Positions 26,391-36,850 of a stretch of 64,000 nt of DNA are shown here, one piece after another. The notes beneath the pieces were generated by a model. The model made no database searches. It had not been told where the DNA came from and saw nothing but the letters and a program-made list of their open reading frames with translations. Source of the stretch: Patescibacteria group bacterium (GTDB lineage: Bacteria; Patescibacteriota; Gracilibacteria; Peribacterales; Peribacteraceae); the NCBI GenBank assembly GCA_018814875.1, contig JAHIYH010000041.1, positions 13,958-77,957 on the forward strand, written 5' to 3'. The position numbers and the translations under genes were made by a program. Each line of letters begins with the position of its first letter. Positions within the stretch are counted from its first letter, which is position 1.

Positions 26391-27629
26391 TGCTTCGGGG
26401 GCGAATATAAGCAAGATTCCAAGTGCATACATAAGGAACCCGCCGAAGACGAGAGTGAAGCGGGCGTACTTTGAGGTGAGTCCGGTTGCATGAAGTGTGT
26501 ATACAGCAATCGCGAAAATCATGAAGTCGTCAATCATGTAGAGCAGGATGTAGAGTGCCATGTAGCTATAACGTGCAATGATGCTCACATCATTGAATGC
26601 CAGAATCTGTGTGAAGACTGCCGGAAGACCTGCGGTGCATACCAGCTCGATCAGATTTACAGAGAAGGCGAGTATCGCGACTCCAATTATCATCGCGGGC
26701 CATGCGGAGATCTTCATAACCTCCTTCATCTTTGCGATAGTCTTCTGGCGTTGTGACATGTTTGTAACTTGGCATTCATTTGGATTCTTTCCGAATGCTT
26801 CGTAGAAGTAGAAGCCTCCTCCTCCTATAGCTACGATTCCAATAATCTTCTGAACCCATAGGTTGTATCCAATAAGCAGGAATGCATTAAGCCATGCAGC
26901 AATGAAGAAGTAATACACCGCACCACTTACAAATAGGAACGTTCCACCGATCACCCAAACCTTCTTCATATCCTTTGTGCTGATAAGAAGTGTGAGTAGC
27001 GTGATTAAAACCCACATCGCACACGGATTAAATCCGTCTAGGAATCCGAGCAAAACCGAGAGAGCGGGGAGTGACATAAGTGTCAGATCAACCTTTCCCA
27101 AGATTGGAAGGTCAAAGACGTATTTATCCAGATCCACTTCGCATCCGTCTTCGCAAATTCCTTCCGATGATTGCACTTCAACATGGATATCGCTTTCCAG
27201 AAATTCGTTGAATGGTTGGCATCCTTCATTTGAATCTTGGCACCTTTTTAGTAGGAAGTTCATCAATTGTCCGGTTGTCTCGTGACTTTTGTATCCTTGA
27301 ATTACATTCTGATTAATGATTGTTGTTGGTACTCCTTGGTTTAAACCTAGTGCACGTTCTTGTAATTTTGCAAATAGCTTCTGAGTTTCAACTTCTGTAA
27401 TTTCGTGATATTCAATTTCCCATTCCTGAAGTTTGGCATACTCCTTTAGGTCTTTGCAGTGTGGGCAGTCTTTACTCACAAATACGACAATGTCTGCTCC
27501 TGTGTTCGAGATATATATACTATCGTCTGTGTCCTTTACTCCATCAAAAGCTCTATCAGGAAAGATGATCCCGAGTGCGACAACTGGGACAAGTGCAAGG
27601 CCGATAAAGAAGAGGAGACGTTTGTTCAT
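26376..27629 (-). CDS. Fusion of a glutaredoxin/thioredoxin-like domain to a CcdA/DsbD-type membrane thiol-disulfide transporter
   Basis: Signal/TM segment, a CPHC redox motif in a Grx-like fold, a Cys-rich linker, then a multi-TM domain with LDGFNPCAMWVL. Confidence 0.8.
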   Translation of the reverse strand: MNKRLLFFIGLALVPVVALGIIFPDRAFDGVKDTDDSIYISNTGADIVVFVSKDCPHCKDLKEYAKLQEWEIEYHEITEVETQKLFAKLQERALGLNQGVPTTIINQNVIQGYKSHETTGQLMNFLLKRCQDSNEGCQPFNEFLESDIHVEVQSSEGICEDGCEVDLDKYVFDLPILGKVDLTLMSLPALSVLLGFLDGFNPCAMWVLITLLTLLISTKDMKKVWVIGGTFLFVSGAVYYFFIAAWLNAFLLIGYNLWVQKIIGIVAIGGGGFYFYEAFGKNPNECQVTNMSQRQKTIAKMKEVMKISAWPAMIIGVAILAFSVNLIELVCTAGLPAVFTQILAFNDVSIIARYSYMALYILLYMIDDFMIFAIAVYTLHATGLTSKYARFTLVFGGFLMYALGILLIFAPEALTFG

Positions 27630-28074
27630 AATCTGTGTGAGTTCGCCTATTCTATCAGTAAATAATTCGGTGGAGAAAATAGATTATACGTTTTTTGTTT
27701 GATATGAATGTTATTCTTTTTTGAAAGATCAAAAAAGAACCATCCTTCGACAGTTCGATGATACTCACTGCAGGCAAGCTCAGGACAAGAAAAAAATCGT
27801 TGGCAAACGCAGACTCGCTCGTCGCATAACGCTTCTCTTACAGTGTAGCTCGGCAGAGACGAGTTATATTATGGTCTCGCCATATCTGCTCGCGTTTACA
27901 TTTGCATATAGCGTAAGCTCCTCGCTTTAGCCTTCGTTATGCTCATGCGGTACTACGGCCGACAGGCAAACAAATGCATTTGCCATTTCGTTTCTCTCGT
28001 ATTTATGCCCGTTTAAGCTAGCCCCTAGCTGCCTAGTGCCTAGCCCCTATGGTCGCCTAGTCCCTAATTCTTCC

Positions 28075-28102
28075 TTGCCATGAGCAGCTTTTTTGGTACA
28101 AT
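28075..28102 (+). promoter_or_regulatory. Promoter TTGCCA-16-TACAAT upstream of the first purP-like gene
   Basis: -35 at 28075-28080 and -10 at 28097-28102. The ATG lies only 12 nt after the -10, so the leader is very short or absent. Confidence 0.55.
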
Positions 28103-28114
28103 GCCCGAAATATC

Positions 28115-29194
28115 ATGACAACCCATTCAGCACACTCAGGGCAAGATGAATCACCAATACTTCCGGCATCTAAAAACCCCCAAGATTTTGTGATTGCGAC
28201 ACTTGGAAGCCACTCAGCATTGCAAATACTCAAGGGTGCTAAGGATGAAGGTATTAAGACGCTTGCTATCTGCAAGAAAGGATCAGAGAGACCTTATAAG
28301 GCTTATCCAGTGGCAGATGAGATAATTACTTTGGATAGCTTTGACGCATGGGACGATCAGTTAGAAGAGGAGTTAATCAAGCGTAATGCGATCGTCATTC
28401 CACACGGATCATTCATTGCTTACATGGGGCACGATCGGGTTAAGAAGATGAAGACAATGTATTATGGGACTAAAGAGATTCTGGAATGGGAATCTGATCG
28501 CAAAAAAGAGCGGATTTGGCTAGAGAAAGCTGGACTTAAGCTTCCTAAGGTTTACGAAAAACCAGAGGACATAGATAAGCCGGTGATTGTGAAATTCCAT
28601 GGAGCGGGTGGGGGATTTGGATACTTCATTGCGAGGACACCAGAGCAATTCTACGAAGTTAAGAATCGCAAGTATCCAGATCAGAATGACTTTGTGCTTC
28701 AGGAATATGTAGTGGGAGTTCCGCTTTATATTCATTACTTTTACTCACCCATTACCAAAGAGTTGGAGATTCTTAGTTTTGATAAACGCTACGAATCCAA
28801 TGCAGACTCCATCGGGCGAATTAAAGCAGAGGACCAATTGGCAGCCAATATTCACACTAGTTACACGATTGTCGGAAACATTCCGGTAGTTGTGCGTGAG
28901 TCATTACTTCCACAAATGTTTGAGATGGGAGATAGAGTTGTAGAAACCAGTAAAGAAATCTGTGGCGGGAAAGGTCTCTTCGGGCCGTTCTGTCTGGAGA
29001 CAATCGTCACACGCAAACTGGAAGTTTTGGTATTCGAAATAAGTGCGAGAATTGTGGCAGGAACGAATCCGTTCATTGAAGGATCGCCTTACACCGCACT
29101 TAAATATGATGAACCAATGAGCACAGGGCGAAGATTGGTGAGGGATATTAAACAAGCGATTGAGGCTGGTCGGCTGGAAGATGTTCTGGGATGA
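28115..29194 (+). CDS. purP: PurP-family ATP-grasp enzyme (archaeal-type FAICAR synthetase-like), paralog 1
   Basis: 359 aa. The N-terminus IATLGSHSALQILKGAKDEG.KT..ICKKG is characteristic of PurP, followed by an ATP-grasp C-domain. Confidence 0.8.
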   Translation: MTTHSAHSGQDESPILPASKNPQDFVIATLGSHSALQILKGAKDEGIKTLAICKKGSERPYKAYPVADEIITLDSFDAWDDQLEEELIKRNAIVIPHGSFIAYMGHDRVKKMKTMYYGTKEILEWESDRKKERIWLEKAGLKLPKVYEKPEDIDKPVIVKFHGAGGGFGYFIARTPEQFYEVKNRKYPDQNDFVLQEYVVGVPLYIHYFYSPITKELEILSFDKRYESNADSIGRIKAEDQLAANIHTSYTIVGNIPVVVRESLLPQMFEMGDRVVETSKEICGGKGLFGPFCLETIVTRKLEVLVFEISARIVAGTNPFIEGSPYTALKYDEPMSTGRRLVRDIKQAIEAGRLEDVLG

Positions 29195-29273
29195 TCATTA
29201 CTTCGTTTATTCGTTATTTCGTTACTTCGTTACTTCGTTAACTCATACCTCATTTTCCTTTACAATATCATCA

Positions 29274-30425
29274 ATGAATACTTCCGATCTACTCAAAGGC
29301 TACGATACCAAAAATATAACTGTAGGTGTCCTTGGTGGACACAGTGCACTGGATGTTTGTCATGGTGCGAAGCAGGTAGGACTCAAGACTGTCTGTGTTG
29401 CACGGAAGGGGAGAGAGAAGACGTATGCCGAGTTCTATCGAACTCGGAATGAAAAATTAAAAATGAGTAATGCAAAATTAGGTTGTGTTGATGAAACAAT
29501 CGTAGTGGATTCTTTTGAGAATGTGCTTAATAAAAAAATTCAGGAGAAGCTCAGAGAGCTAAATACAATCTTTATCCATAATAGGTATTTCTGGGTGTAC
29601 TTTGATGATTATTCAAAGGTAGAGAATGATTTTAAAGTACCGATCTTCGGCAATAGAAGTTATGTGAAAATTGAAGAGCGTGATCAGCCGTATAATCAGT
29701 ATCATTTATTGCAGGATGCTGGGATTCGGATACCGAAAATTTTCAAGAAGCCCGAAGATATAGATCGTCCGGTTTTGGTGAAGGCGAATGAAGCTATAAG
29801 GGGATACGAACGTGCTTTCTTTGTTGTTAACAGCAAAGATGAATGGGAGCAAAAAGGCAAATATCTTGAAAAACAGGGGGCAATTAAATCCAATTGGCGC
29901 GAAGCAACAATTGAGGAATTTATTATTGGAGCCCATGTTAATTTTAATTTCTTCTATTCGCCTTTAACCGGAGAATTGGAATTACTAGGGACAGATACTC
30001 GACGTCAAACCAATCTGGATGGATGGCTGCGTATGCCTGCATATCAGCAAGAAGCAATTATTGGGGATTATGATTTCAAACAACAGATTAAAATGATTGA
30101 AACTGGTCACATTGCGTGCACAGTGAAAGAGTCTCTTCTGGAAAAAGCTTTCGATCTCGGTGAGAAGTTCGTGGCGGCTACTAAAAAAATGGATGATAAA
30201 GGAATCATCGGACCGTTTGCTTTGCAAGGCGCAGTGGTTGCCGAAGAGGGGAAGGAAGATATTGTGATCTTTGATGTCTCATTGAGGATTCCCGGATCAC
30301 CTGGAACACGCTCTACTCCTTATTCAGGATACTTGTATGGAGAGCCAATGAGTGTTGGTGAACGCATCGGAATCGAAATAAAAGCAGCAATTGAGGAGAA
30401 TCGACTTGAAGAGGTGGTTACGTAA
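29274..30425 (+). CDS. PurP-family ATP-grasp enzyme, divergent paralog 2
   Basis: I start at MNTSDLLKGYD (29274). VGVLGGHSALDVCHGAKQVGLKTVCVARKGREK parallels paralog 1, with insertions relative to it. Confidence 0.75.
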   Translation: MNTSDLLKGYDTKNITVGVLGGHSALDVCHGAKQVGLKTVCVARKGREKTYAEFYRTRNEKLKMSNAKLGCVDETIVVDSFENVLNKKIQEKLRELNTIFIHNRYFWVYFDDYSKVENDFKVPIFGNRSYVKIEERDQPYNQYHLLQDAGIRIPKIFKKPEDIDRPVLVKANEAIRGYERAFFVVNSKDEWEQKGKYLEKQGAIKSNWREATIEEFIIGAHVNFNFFYSPLTGELELLGTDTRRQTNLDGWLRMPAYQQEAIIGDYDFKQQIKMIETGHIACTVKESLLEKAFDLGEKFVAATKKMDDKGIIGPFALQGAVVAEEGKEDIVIFDVSLRIPGSPGTRSTPYSGYLYGEPMSVGERIGIEIKAAIEENRLEEVVT

Positions 30426-30545
30426 AAATTCAGAATTAAGAATTAAGAATGTAGAATTCAGAATTAAGTATCAGATATTTATCTGGTTGTTTTTACTATT
30501 TAGCATGAATAATATAAGACGTAAGTGCTACCAGCTTCACTGGTA

Positions 30546-31130
30546 TCAAGTAAAGAGTAGACCATGATCCGGCGAGTCTAACTCTCCAAAAAGCGTTCGA
30601 ATGCGCGAGCGCTGTTCATGCAACTCCAGTATCGGATGTTTCGCGGTTTCTGCATCCAAGTAATCCATCATCGAACCAAATGTATGTACATCTGCAGAAC
30701 CTGGAACTAGAAAACGATCATGTTTCTCTGATAATCGGTTCGCTTTAGAATACTGGCGCACGACTTCTATGCCGCCAAATGGCAAGTTAATGATGTCGGT
30801 ATTCTCATCTATCGCTTCCTGAACACAAGCCGCAATTGGTTTGTCGGGTATCACACTAATGACGATTCGGTTCCTTCCCCGCAAACATGCTTTTTTCAGT
30901 TCTGGCGACCCAGAAAAGAAAGCAAACCACTCGTCGAATTCTTCGAGTTGGTCGGTCAGTTCTGACTCATCGTCCAACAACAACATTCGCAGTCGGATCG
31001 GATGGATTGTATCTTCCTGAATCTTCCCAAGGCGAGTTTCGACTCCTGCATTGACAGCCACGATGTGACGAATCTCATCATCGTTAGGCATCTCGGATGA
31101 TCCCTTTGAAGAATTCATTTGCTCGTGCAT
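30546..31130 (-). CDS. Hypothetical protein (194 aa)
   Basis: ORF only; no motif recognised. Confidence 0.55.
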   Translation of the reverse strand: MHEQMNSSKGSSEMPNDDEIRHIVAVNAGVETRLGKIQEDTIHPIRLRMLLLDDESELTDQLEEFDEWFAFFSGSPELKKACLRGRNRIVISVIPDKPIAACVQEAIDENTDIINLPFGGIEVVRQYSKANRLSEKHDRFLVPGSADVHTFGSMMDYLDAETAKHPILELHEQRSRIRTLFGELDSPDHGLLFT

Positions 31131-31248
31131 GACCCCATTACCCTACTAGAGTGGTAGAGCGATTGGTAGCTTATCGGCAAGAATTTTAGCGAATTATCGC
31201 AGTTGAGAGACAATTTTGAGAGTACTGAAAAATATTAGTGAAAAGTTG

Positions 31249-31325
31249 TGGTGGAGCTGAAGGGATTCGAACCCTTGACCCCCGCGTTGCAAACGCGGTG
31301 CTCTAACCAACTGAGCTACAGCCCC
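31249..31325 (-). tRNA. tRNA-Ala (TGC)
   Basis: The reverse complement reads GGGGCTGTAGCTCAGTTGGTTAGAGCACCGCGTTTGCAACGCGGGGGTCAAGGGTTCGAATCCCTTCAGCTCCACCA. It has the G3:U70 pair, a TGC anticodon and an encoded CCA. Confidence 0.95.
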
Positions 31326-31384
31326 ACAAGAACGAAAGAATTGTACAGAGTTAAATTTGAAAATCTACACAGGTTTAAAAGAAT

Positions 31385-31627
31385 TTATCCAATCCCAAAT
31401 GCTCCGAATGGTTTAAGTATTGGCTTTAGGAATACGTTCTCTAGATCAAAAATCATAAGCAAGCTCCAAAAGAAGATGGCGATTGCTGCGAAAATAGTAA
31501 TGGTGAAGACACCGCCCAAGCGTTGCATCCAGAGGGCATCGCCAACCGTGTCACCGATCATTCTTCTAAATTTAATCATGAATAATGAAAGTGCGATACC
31601 TATGAATCCAAGAATAATGTCTCCCAT
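31385..31627 (-). CDS. Small membrane protein (80 aa)
   Basis: I start at MGDIILGFIGIALSLFMI. There are two or three hydrophobic segments. The ORF-track extension to 31738 translates a word repeat. Confidence 0.5.
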   Translation of the reverse strand: MGDIILGFIGIALSLFMIKFRRMIGDTVGDALWMQRLGGVFTITIFAAIAIFFWSLLMIFDLENVFLKPILKPFGAFGIG

Positions 31628-31812
31628 GGGTTGAAGTGTAAAACAAAGCGGAGATAGGTTCAATCTTTTGATACTACTTACAAAGTAATCCAAGGAAACC
31701 AAAGAAACCAAAGAAATCGAGGGGCTTTGGTAATACATTTATCAAAGGTAATTGCTGGAATTCTGTCACCACTTTGGATTCCTTGGATTCTTTGGTTTCC
31801 TTGGATTCCTGT

Positions 31813-32130
31813 TTATAGGACTGCATCCAATTCCTTCTTCATATCTTCCTTAGACTTTGCACCTACAAAAGTTGCAACAGGTTCACCGTCTTTAAATATA
31901 ATGAAAGTAGGAATACTCATCACACTGTACTTGCCGGGAGTTTCTGTATTTTCATCCACGTTCACCTTCGTTACTTTCACCTTTCCTTCGTATTCAGTGG
32001 AAAGTTCATCAACAATAGGGGACATAGATTTGCATGGTCCACACCACGGAGCCCAGAAGTCTACTAGAACGGGGATATCTGATTTAAGCACTTCTGCTTC
32101 GAAGTCTGCGTCGGTTAGTTCTTTAGCCAT
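31813..32130 (-). CDS. trxA: Thioredoxin
   Basis: 105 aa with the WAPWCGPCK active site. Confidence 0.96.
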   Translation of the reverse strand: MAKELTDADFEAEVLKSDIPVLVDFWAPWCGPCKSMSPIVDELSTEYEGKVKVTKVNVDENTETPGKYSVMSIPTFIIFKDGEPVATFVGAKSKEDMKKELDAVL

Positions 32131-32280
32131 AAATTCTTAAGGGAAAATTACAAATACGTTTTGATTATAGTCTTGTCACTAAAGTCATGCCAGCTACGTT
32201 ACTTCGTTATTTCGTTATTTCGTTACTTTGATCACAATTAACCTTAGGATTGGCTACACACGAAATAACGAGATAACGAA

Positions 32281-33570
32281 TTAACGCTTCTCTGGTTCTT
32301 TATCAGATAGAATACCCTTCGTTATCTTCTTACCAACCTCCACCGCTGGTTGCCCATATGGATCGATTCTATAGAGTTTGCCTAGCAGAATGACTTCGGT
32401 CAGGAACAAGAAGAAGAGTTGCCCAAGTGTTTCTTCGGATAATTTTGGAAGTGTAATAGTGATGTGTGGGCGTTTGGCATTGGTTAGAGCTTGGCTTGTA
32501 CCTTTATGACACGCATCAAAGAGTTCGCCGAACTTCTTTCCTGCAATGTAAGAGAACGAGTCATCAACTTCCATTGGAACATTCACTGAGCCTTGATCTG
32601 CTTCTTTGATAAAGATGTGCCAGCACTTGCGTGGACCATCCTGCCACTGTTGCAATAATGAGTGCTGATCTTGTGTTCCGATTGCGGCGAGCGGAATGGG
32701 ATTATGTGTTTCCGTCTTGCCCAAGCTTTCGGCGATCAATTGCTGATCCCAGCGTGCGATTGATTCTAGTCTTTGGGAGTAGGGCATTATCACGCGGATC
32801 GGATAGTCGCGTTTAGTGTCTAACAAAAATTGCACACTTGCGAGAAGTGCAGCTGGATTCTCGTCTATGTCAGTATTCTGGCAAGCTGTATCCATCTTCT
32901 TGGCGCCTTCGGCGAATGCATCTATGTTTCCTCCAAGCAGTGCCAATGGCAAAAGTCCAACAGGAGTAAAAATCGAGTAACGTCCTCCGACTTCCGAAGG
33001 AATGGGGAGCATGGGGATATTATTCTCTTTGGCAAAGTTGTGGAGGATTCCTTTCTGTGGATCGGTGACTGCAATTACTCGTTCGGCTGCACGCTCCTTC
33101 ATTGCCTTCTTCATGTTCTCCCAACATAGAAAGAAGAGGCTCATTGGTTCCAGTGTTCCGCCCGACTTACTTGCGATCACCAGCATCGCGCGTCTCCAGT
33201 CGATCAACTTCATATTCATTTCGATCATCGCAGGATCTATAGAATCCAATAAAATGAACTCGATTGTATCCGGACTTTCGAATGCTTCCTGAATTACTTT
33301 TGGACCGAGCCCCGATCCTCCAATGCCAATCCATACCACCTGACGAATCTTCTCCGTTTTGGCATACTGTGCTGTATTTTTAACTGCGTTGATCGTTTGC
33401 TTGTTATATGGATCCATAGACCACAAGTGCTCGCCTTTCTTGCGTTCATGCAAAAAGTTCTCAGTATTACGTTTCATAGTTGTACGTAGTGCTGAGAGCT
33501 CTTGATCGGGTATTCCGAGTGATGGGGTAATTGTTTTGGCTAGGGCGCCGGTGATATCAAGGGTGATCAT
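32281..33570 (-). CDS. pgi: Glucose-6-phosphate isomerase
   Basis: 429 aa. Contains the IGIGGS.LGP motif and the SKSG.T.E motif of the SIS/PGI family. Confidence 0.9.
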   Translation of the reverse strand: MITLDITGALAKTITPSLGIPDQELSALRTTMKRNTENFLHERKKGEHLWSMDPYNKQTINAVKNTAQYAKTEKIRQVVWIGIGGSGLGPKVIQEAFESPDTIEFILLDSIDPAMIEMNMKLIDWRRAMLVIASKSGGTLEPMSLFFLCWENMKKAMKERAAERVIAVTDPQKGILHNFAKENNIPMLPIPSEVGGRYSIFTPVGLLPLALLGGNIDAFAEGAKKMDTACQNTDIDENPAALLASVQFLLDTKRDYPIRVIMPYSQRLESIARWDQQLIAESLGKTETHNPIPLAAIGTQDQHSLLQQWQDGPRKCWHIFIKEADQGSVNVPMEVDDSFSYIAGKKFGELFDACHKGTSQALTNAKRPHITITLPKLSEETLGQLFFLFLTEVILLGKLYRIDPYGQPAVEVGKKITKGILSDKEPEKR

Positions 33571-33612
33571 GGGGCTTAGGGCGTAGGGTGTTGGGCGTTG
33601 GGAAGCTACATA

Positions 33613-34197
33613 TTATAAGGCTCTGAGGGCTGCAGCAACGCGTTCTTCGGAAGTTTTTGCCGTTTCTGGTGTGCCTTTGAGTGCGTGCAGTGCAGTTGCC
33701 GTGTCGTATCCAAGAGACTTAAGTGCATCAATTGCATCTTGGTCGAAGTGTGCGGTTGTGCCTGACATTTCTGTGCGTTCCTTTGCGAAAATCTGTGGAT
33801 GCTTTTCTGTGAGTGACTTCAGATCTACCAAGAGCTTTTCCGCTGTTTTCTTTCCTACACCTTTTATAGAGTTAAGCATCTTGGAGTCTTGTTGTTCGAT
33901 GGCAGTCAGCAATAAGCTGCGGGGAACCGAGCAAATCTCCAGTGCAGTTTTTGGTCCAATACCAGGGAGATTAATTGCTTCTTCAAAGAGGAGCTTGCTT
34001 GTCTTGTCTAAAAATCCAAAAAGATCGAAACGATCTTCTCTAACAAAAGTTTTGATATGCAGTTCTTGATCCTCGCCTTCCTTTACGTTGTCCCATACAT
34101 CGATTGGTACAGAAACATCGTAACCCACTCCGTTAACATCGATTGTGAGCTCTTGTATTTCGCCTTTGTGGATGGTTCCGCGGAGGAGGGAGATCAT
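33613..34197 (-). CDS. ruvA: Holliday junction DNA helicase subunit RuvA
   Basis: 194 aa. MI..L.G ... V.V.GVGY.V, the HhH motifs (L..I.GIGPK.A; IKGVGKKTAE.L) and a C-terminal domain III. Confidence 0.93.
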   Translation of the reverse strand: MISLLRGTIHKGEIQELTIDVNGVGYDVSVPIDVWDNVKEGEDQELHIKTFVREDRFDLFGFLDKTSKLLFEEAINLPGIGPKTALEICSVPRSLLLTAIEQQDSKMLNSIKGVGKKTAEKLLVDLKSLTEKHPQIFAKERTEMSGTTAHFDQDAIDALKSLGYDTATALHALKGTPETAKTSEERVAAALRAL

Positions 34198-34220
34198 AGG
34201 TGGGTATGATAGCAGATTAA

Positions 34221-34347
34221 GAAGGTAAGGTATGTAAGGTAGGTAAGGTAGGTAAGGTAGGTAAGGTAGGTAAAGTGTGACCTACAGTACTTACAATACT
34301 TACAATACTTACAATACTTACAATACTTACAATACTTACCTTACTTA
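34221..34347. repeat. Intergenic word palindrome (GGTAAGGTA vs TACTTACAA)
   Basis: A (GGTAAGGTAG)n arm is followed by a (CTTACAATA)n arm, between the divergent ruvA and M23 peptidase genes. Confidence 0.85.
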
Positions 34348-34401
34348 GCGAGACAGCAAAAACAGTGCACAAATTTGCGAATTCCGCTATAATAGACAGA
34401 A

Positions 34402-35604
34402 ATGCATATCCTTCAACGATTCATCGTTACTGCCGTGCTCCTTGTGGCACTTGTACCGCTCATGACGCTTGCGTTGACCGATCTGGGTGAAAGGAACAAG
34501 GCAGTAGAGAATCTAGATCAGGCGATTGAACGTGCGGTGGGTGAATACAATGCACAGCGTTACGTTAAGGGGGTCAACGAAGGCGATGCAGAAAAAGCAC
34601 GTGTGCGTCTTGGAGAAGTTGCACGGCTAAAAGGAAACACAGACATTCAACTTGCAGCTTATCGGAAAGTTTCCGATCAATTAAAAGAAAGGTTTGGTCT
34701 TGATGGTGAGAGAAAAGGTGGGTTGGAGAAAGTGCCATTCAAACTGTTCTCTTTGTATGAGAGTTATCCTATGCACGATGCAGCACCTACGAATCTCAAA
34801 TCACTCATGCTTTCTTTCGTCCCAGTTATTTCTGGTAAACAACTTCGCGAGCATGTTCTCAATTCAAAACTCTCTAATCTCAAAATACTTCTTACAGAGG
34901 TAGGGGAGAATGAAGACACAGTCGCATCTTTGGAGCAGAGTCAGAGTTCTCTTCAAAAAGAATATGATCAAGTTGCATACACTATTGATCGTGCAGAGAA
35001 GTACGGTGAAATTGGTGGTGGACGTACCGATGAGATCAAGCGTGTTATGGAAGAGGTGCATGCACAAGTCCTTCGTATGCAGTCGGATCTCGCACGTATA
35101 GATGCACGATTGCGTGAAAAAACTCAGCGCAAGCTAATCGAAAAGGGATTGATGGATCCAAAGACAGGAGATAACAAACAAGGAATCGTTCCATTCACAC
35201 CAAAATTTACATGGCCTGCATATGGTCCAATTTCGGCAACGTTCATGCAGCCTAGTTACCAGCAGTATTTTGGTATTCCGCATCGTGGGATGGATATTGT
35301 AATCGGGCAGGGGAGTCCGATTGTCAGTGCGGCCGATGGAGTTGTTTTCCTTACAAAAAATGGAGGAGTGAGCGGATACTCATATATACTCATCGGACAT
35401 CGTGGTGGATATGCAACGCTCTATGGTCACTTGTCACATATCTCAGTACATGCAGGGCAGGACGTTACAGCGGGAGAAATTATTGGAGCAAGCGGAGGTA
35501 CACCTAGGACGCGCGGTGCGGGGCCAACTACAACAGGAGCCCATCTACACTTTGAAGTGATCAAAGGTGGAGTGAATGTGAATCCGAGGGGGATGTTGCC
35601 TTAG
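34402..35604 (+). CDS. M23-family metallopeptidase with an N-terminal coiled coil
   Basis: Signal/TM segment, a long coiled coil, then a C-terminal HRGMDI ... GHLS ... GAHLHFEV LytM-type domain. Confidence 0.9.
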   Translation: MHILQRFIVTAVLLVALVPLMTLALTDLGERNKAVENLDQAIERAVGEYNAQRYVKGVNEGDAEKARVRLGEVARLKGNTDIQLAAYRKVSDQLKERFGLDGERKGGLEKVPFKLFSLYESYPMHDAAPTNLKSLMLSFVPVISGKQLREHVLNSKLSNLKILLTEVGENEDTVASLEQSQSSLQKEYDQVAYTIDRAEKYGEIGGGRTDEIKRVMEEVHAQVLRMQSDLARIDARLREKTQRKLIEKGLMDPKTGDNKQGIVPFTPKFTWPAYGPISATFMQPSYQQYFGIPHRGMDIVIGQGSPIVSAADGVVFLTKNGGVSGYSYILIGHRGGYATLYGHLSHISVHAGQDVTAGEIIGASGGTPRTRGAGPTTTGAHLHFEVIKGGVNVNPRGMLP

Positions 35605-35800
35605 CTTAGGGGCTAGGGGTTGGGGGGCTAGGGATTATAATTCTTTTTCGTATCATGTAATTTTTCTAGCCCCTAGGGAACCTCTGATTAATACATAAAA
35701 CGTAGCGCGGATTCGGCTATCCGCGCAGATCGTGCAGGTAACCGAACCTGCACTACGTGTTTTTCAGAGGTTCCCTAAATCCTAGCCCCTAAAACATGTA
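35605..35800. repeat. Nested intergenic palindrome with a two-hairpin GC-rich core
   Basis: The outer arms are CTAGCCCCTAGGGAACCTCTGA / TCAGAGGTTCCCTAAATCCTAGCCCCTA. The core is ACGTAG-[CGCGGAT..ATCCGCG]-CAGATC-[GTGCAGGT..ACCTGCAC]-TACGT. Confidence 0.85.
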
Positions 35801-35814
35801 TCATACATCTCACA

Positions 35815-36765
35815 ATGATCTTCACTTCGCCATCCGTCAGACAGTTCGCCCTAGCGCAGATGCTTTTGGCGGTCATTCTGGCAAATCTGAATCCCATTTT
35901 TTCAAAAATTCTCTATGCGCGCGGATGGACTCCAGCCAGCCTTTACTTTGTTACACTAATTATTGTTGGCACTATCCTGCTGATACATGAATATATCGAT
36001 TTCGATCGGCATATGCGGTGGCAGATGCGAAAACGAGATTTTATAGGTGTGCTGGTGACAACACTAACCGGTGGTGTGCTTGCTCCACTTTTTTTCTTTA
36101 CAGGTTTGCAGCAAGTAACCGCTTCCGAATCGATTATCATTTCTAGCATGCTGCCATTCTTTGTGGTGTTCTTTGGAATATTTCTTTTGGGGGAGCGCTT
36201 TAAGCGTCAAATGTTTTTTGGAGGATTCTTTATTGTGTGTGGAGTTCTGGTAATCCTGTGGCCAGACATTCAGTCGTTTCATCTTAGTAGAGGGGTACCA
36301 TTAATCCTTGGCTCAACATTTTTTGGCGCAATGACTACCATCGTCCACAAGAAATATATTAAGCACCGCCACTTAGATTCAGTAGTCCTAATACGCACCT
36401 TGCTTGCTATTATTCTGGTGGGACTGTGGATGATTATCTTTGAGCCACAAGGATTCCAGATTATCTCTACACCAGAAAATATTTGGCTGATTCTAGCGGT
36501 ACCCATCTTTTCTTTCATCCTACCGTACTTCCTATTCTTCAATGCACTTAAGACTCTTAAGGCGATAGATGCTGGGGTTATAGAAGCTGCTGGGCGCGTG
36601 TTTGCAGTGGTGACTGCGAGTGTGATCCTTGGTGAGAACCTTACTTCTTACCATCTTCTTAGTATGTTGCTTATTGTGTTTGGTGTTCTCTTTATTAATG
36701 TGCCACTTACTAAGTTGAGGATTGTTCCTTCAAGATTGATGGAGATGGGGCCGTTGAGGAAGTAA
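35815..36765 (+). CDS. EamA/DMT-family transporter
   Basis: 316 aa with ten hydrophobic segments in two EamA-like halves. Confidence 0.85.
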   Translation: MIFTSPSVRQFALAQMLLAVILANLNPIFSKILYARGWTPASLYFVTLIIVGTILLIHEYIDFDRHMRWQMRKRDFIGVLVTTLTGGVLAPLFFFTGLQQVTASESIIISSMLPFFVVFFGIFLLGERFKRQMFFGGFFIVCGVLVILWPDIQSFHLSRGVPLILGSTFFGAMTTIVHKKYIKHRHLDSVVLIRTLLAIILVGLWMIIFEPQGFQIISTPENIWLILAVPIFSFILPYFLFFNALKTLKAIDAGVIEAAGRVFAVVTASVILGENLTSYHLLSMLLIVFGVLFINVPLTKLRIVPSRLMEMGPLRK

Positions 36766-36850
36766 ATTGTAACTATTATTCAAAAGGAGTAGGATTTCCC
36801 TCCAGCCTTTGTAAACAACGGTTCTCAGTTCCTCACAATGGGAGATAAGC

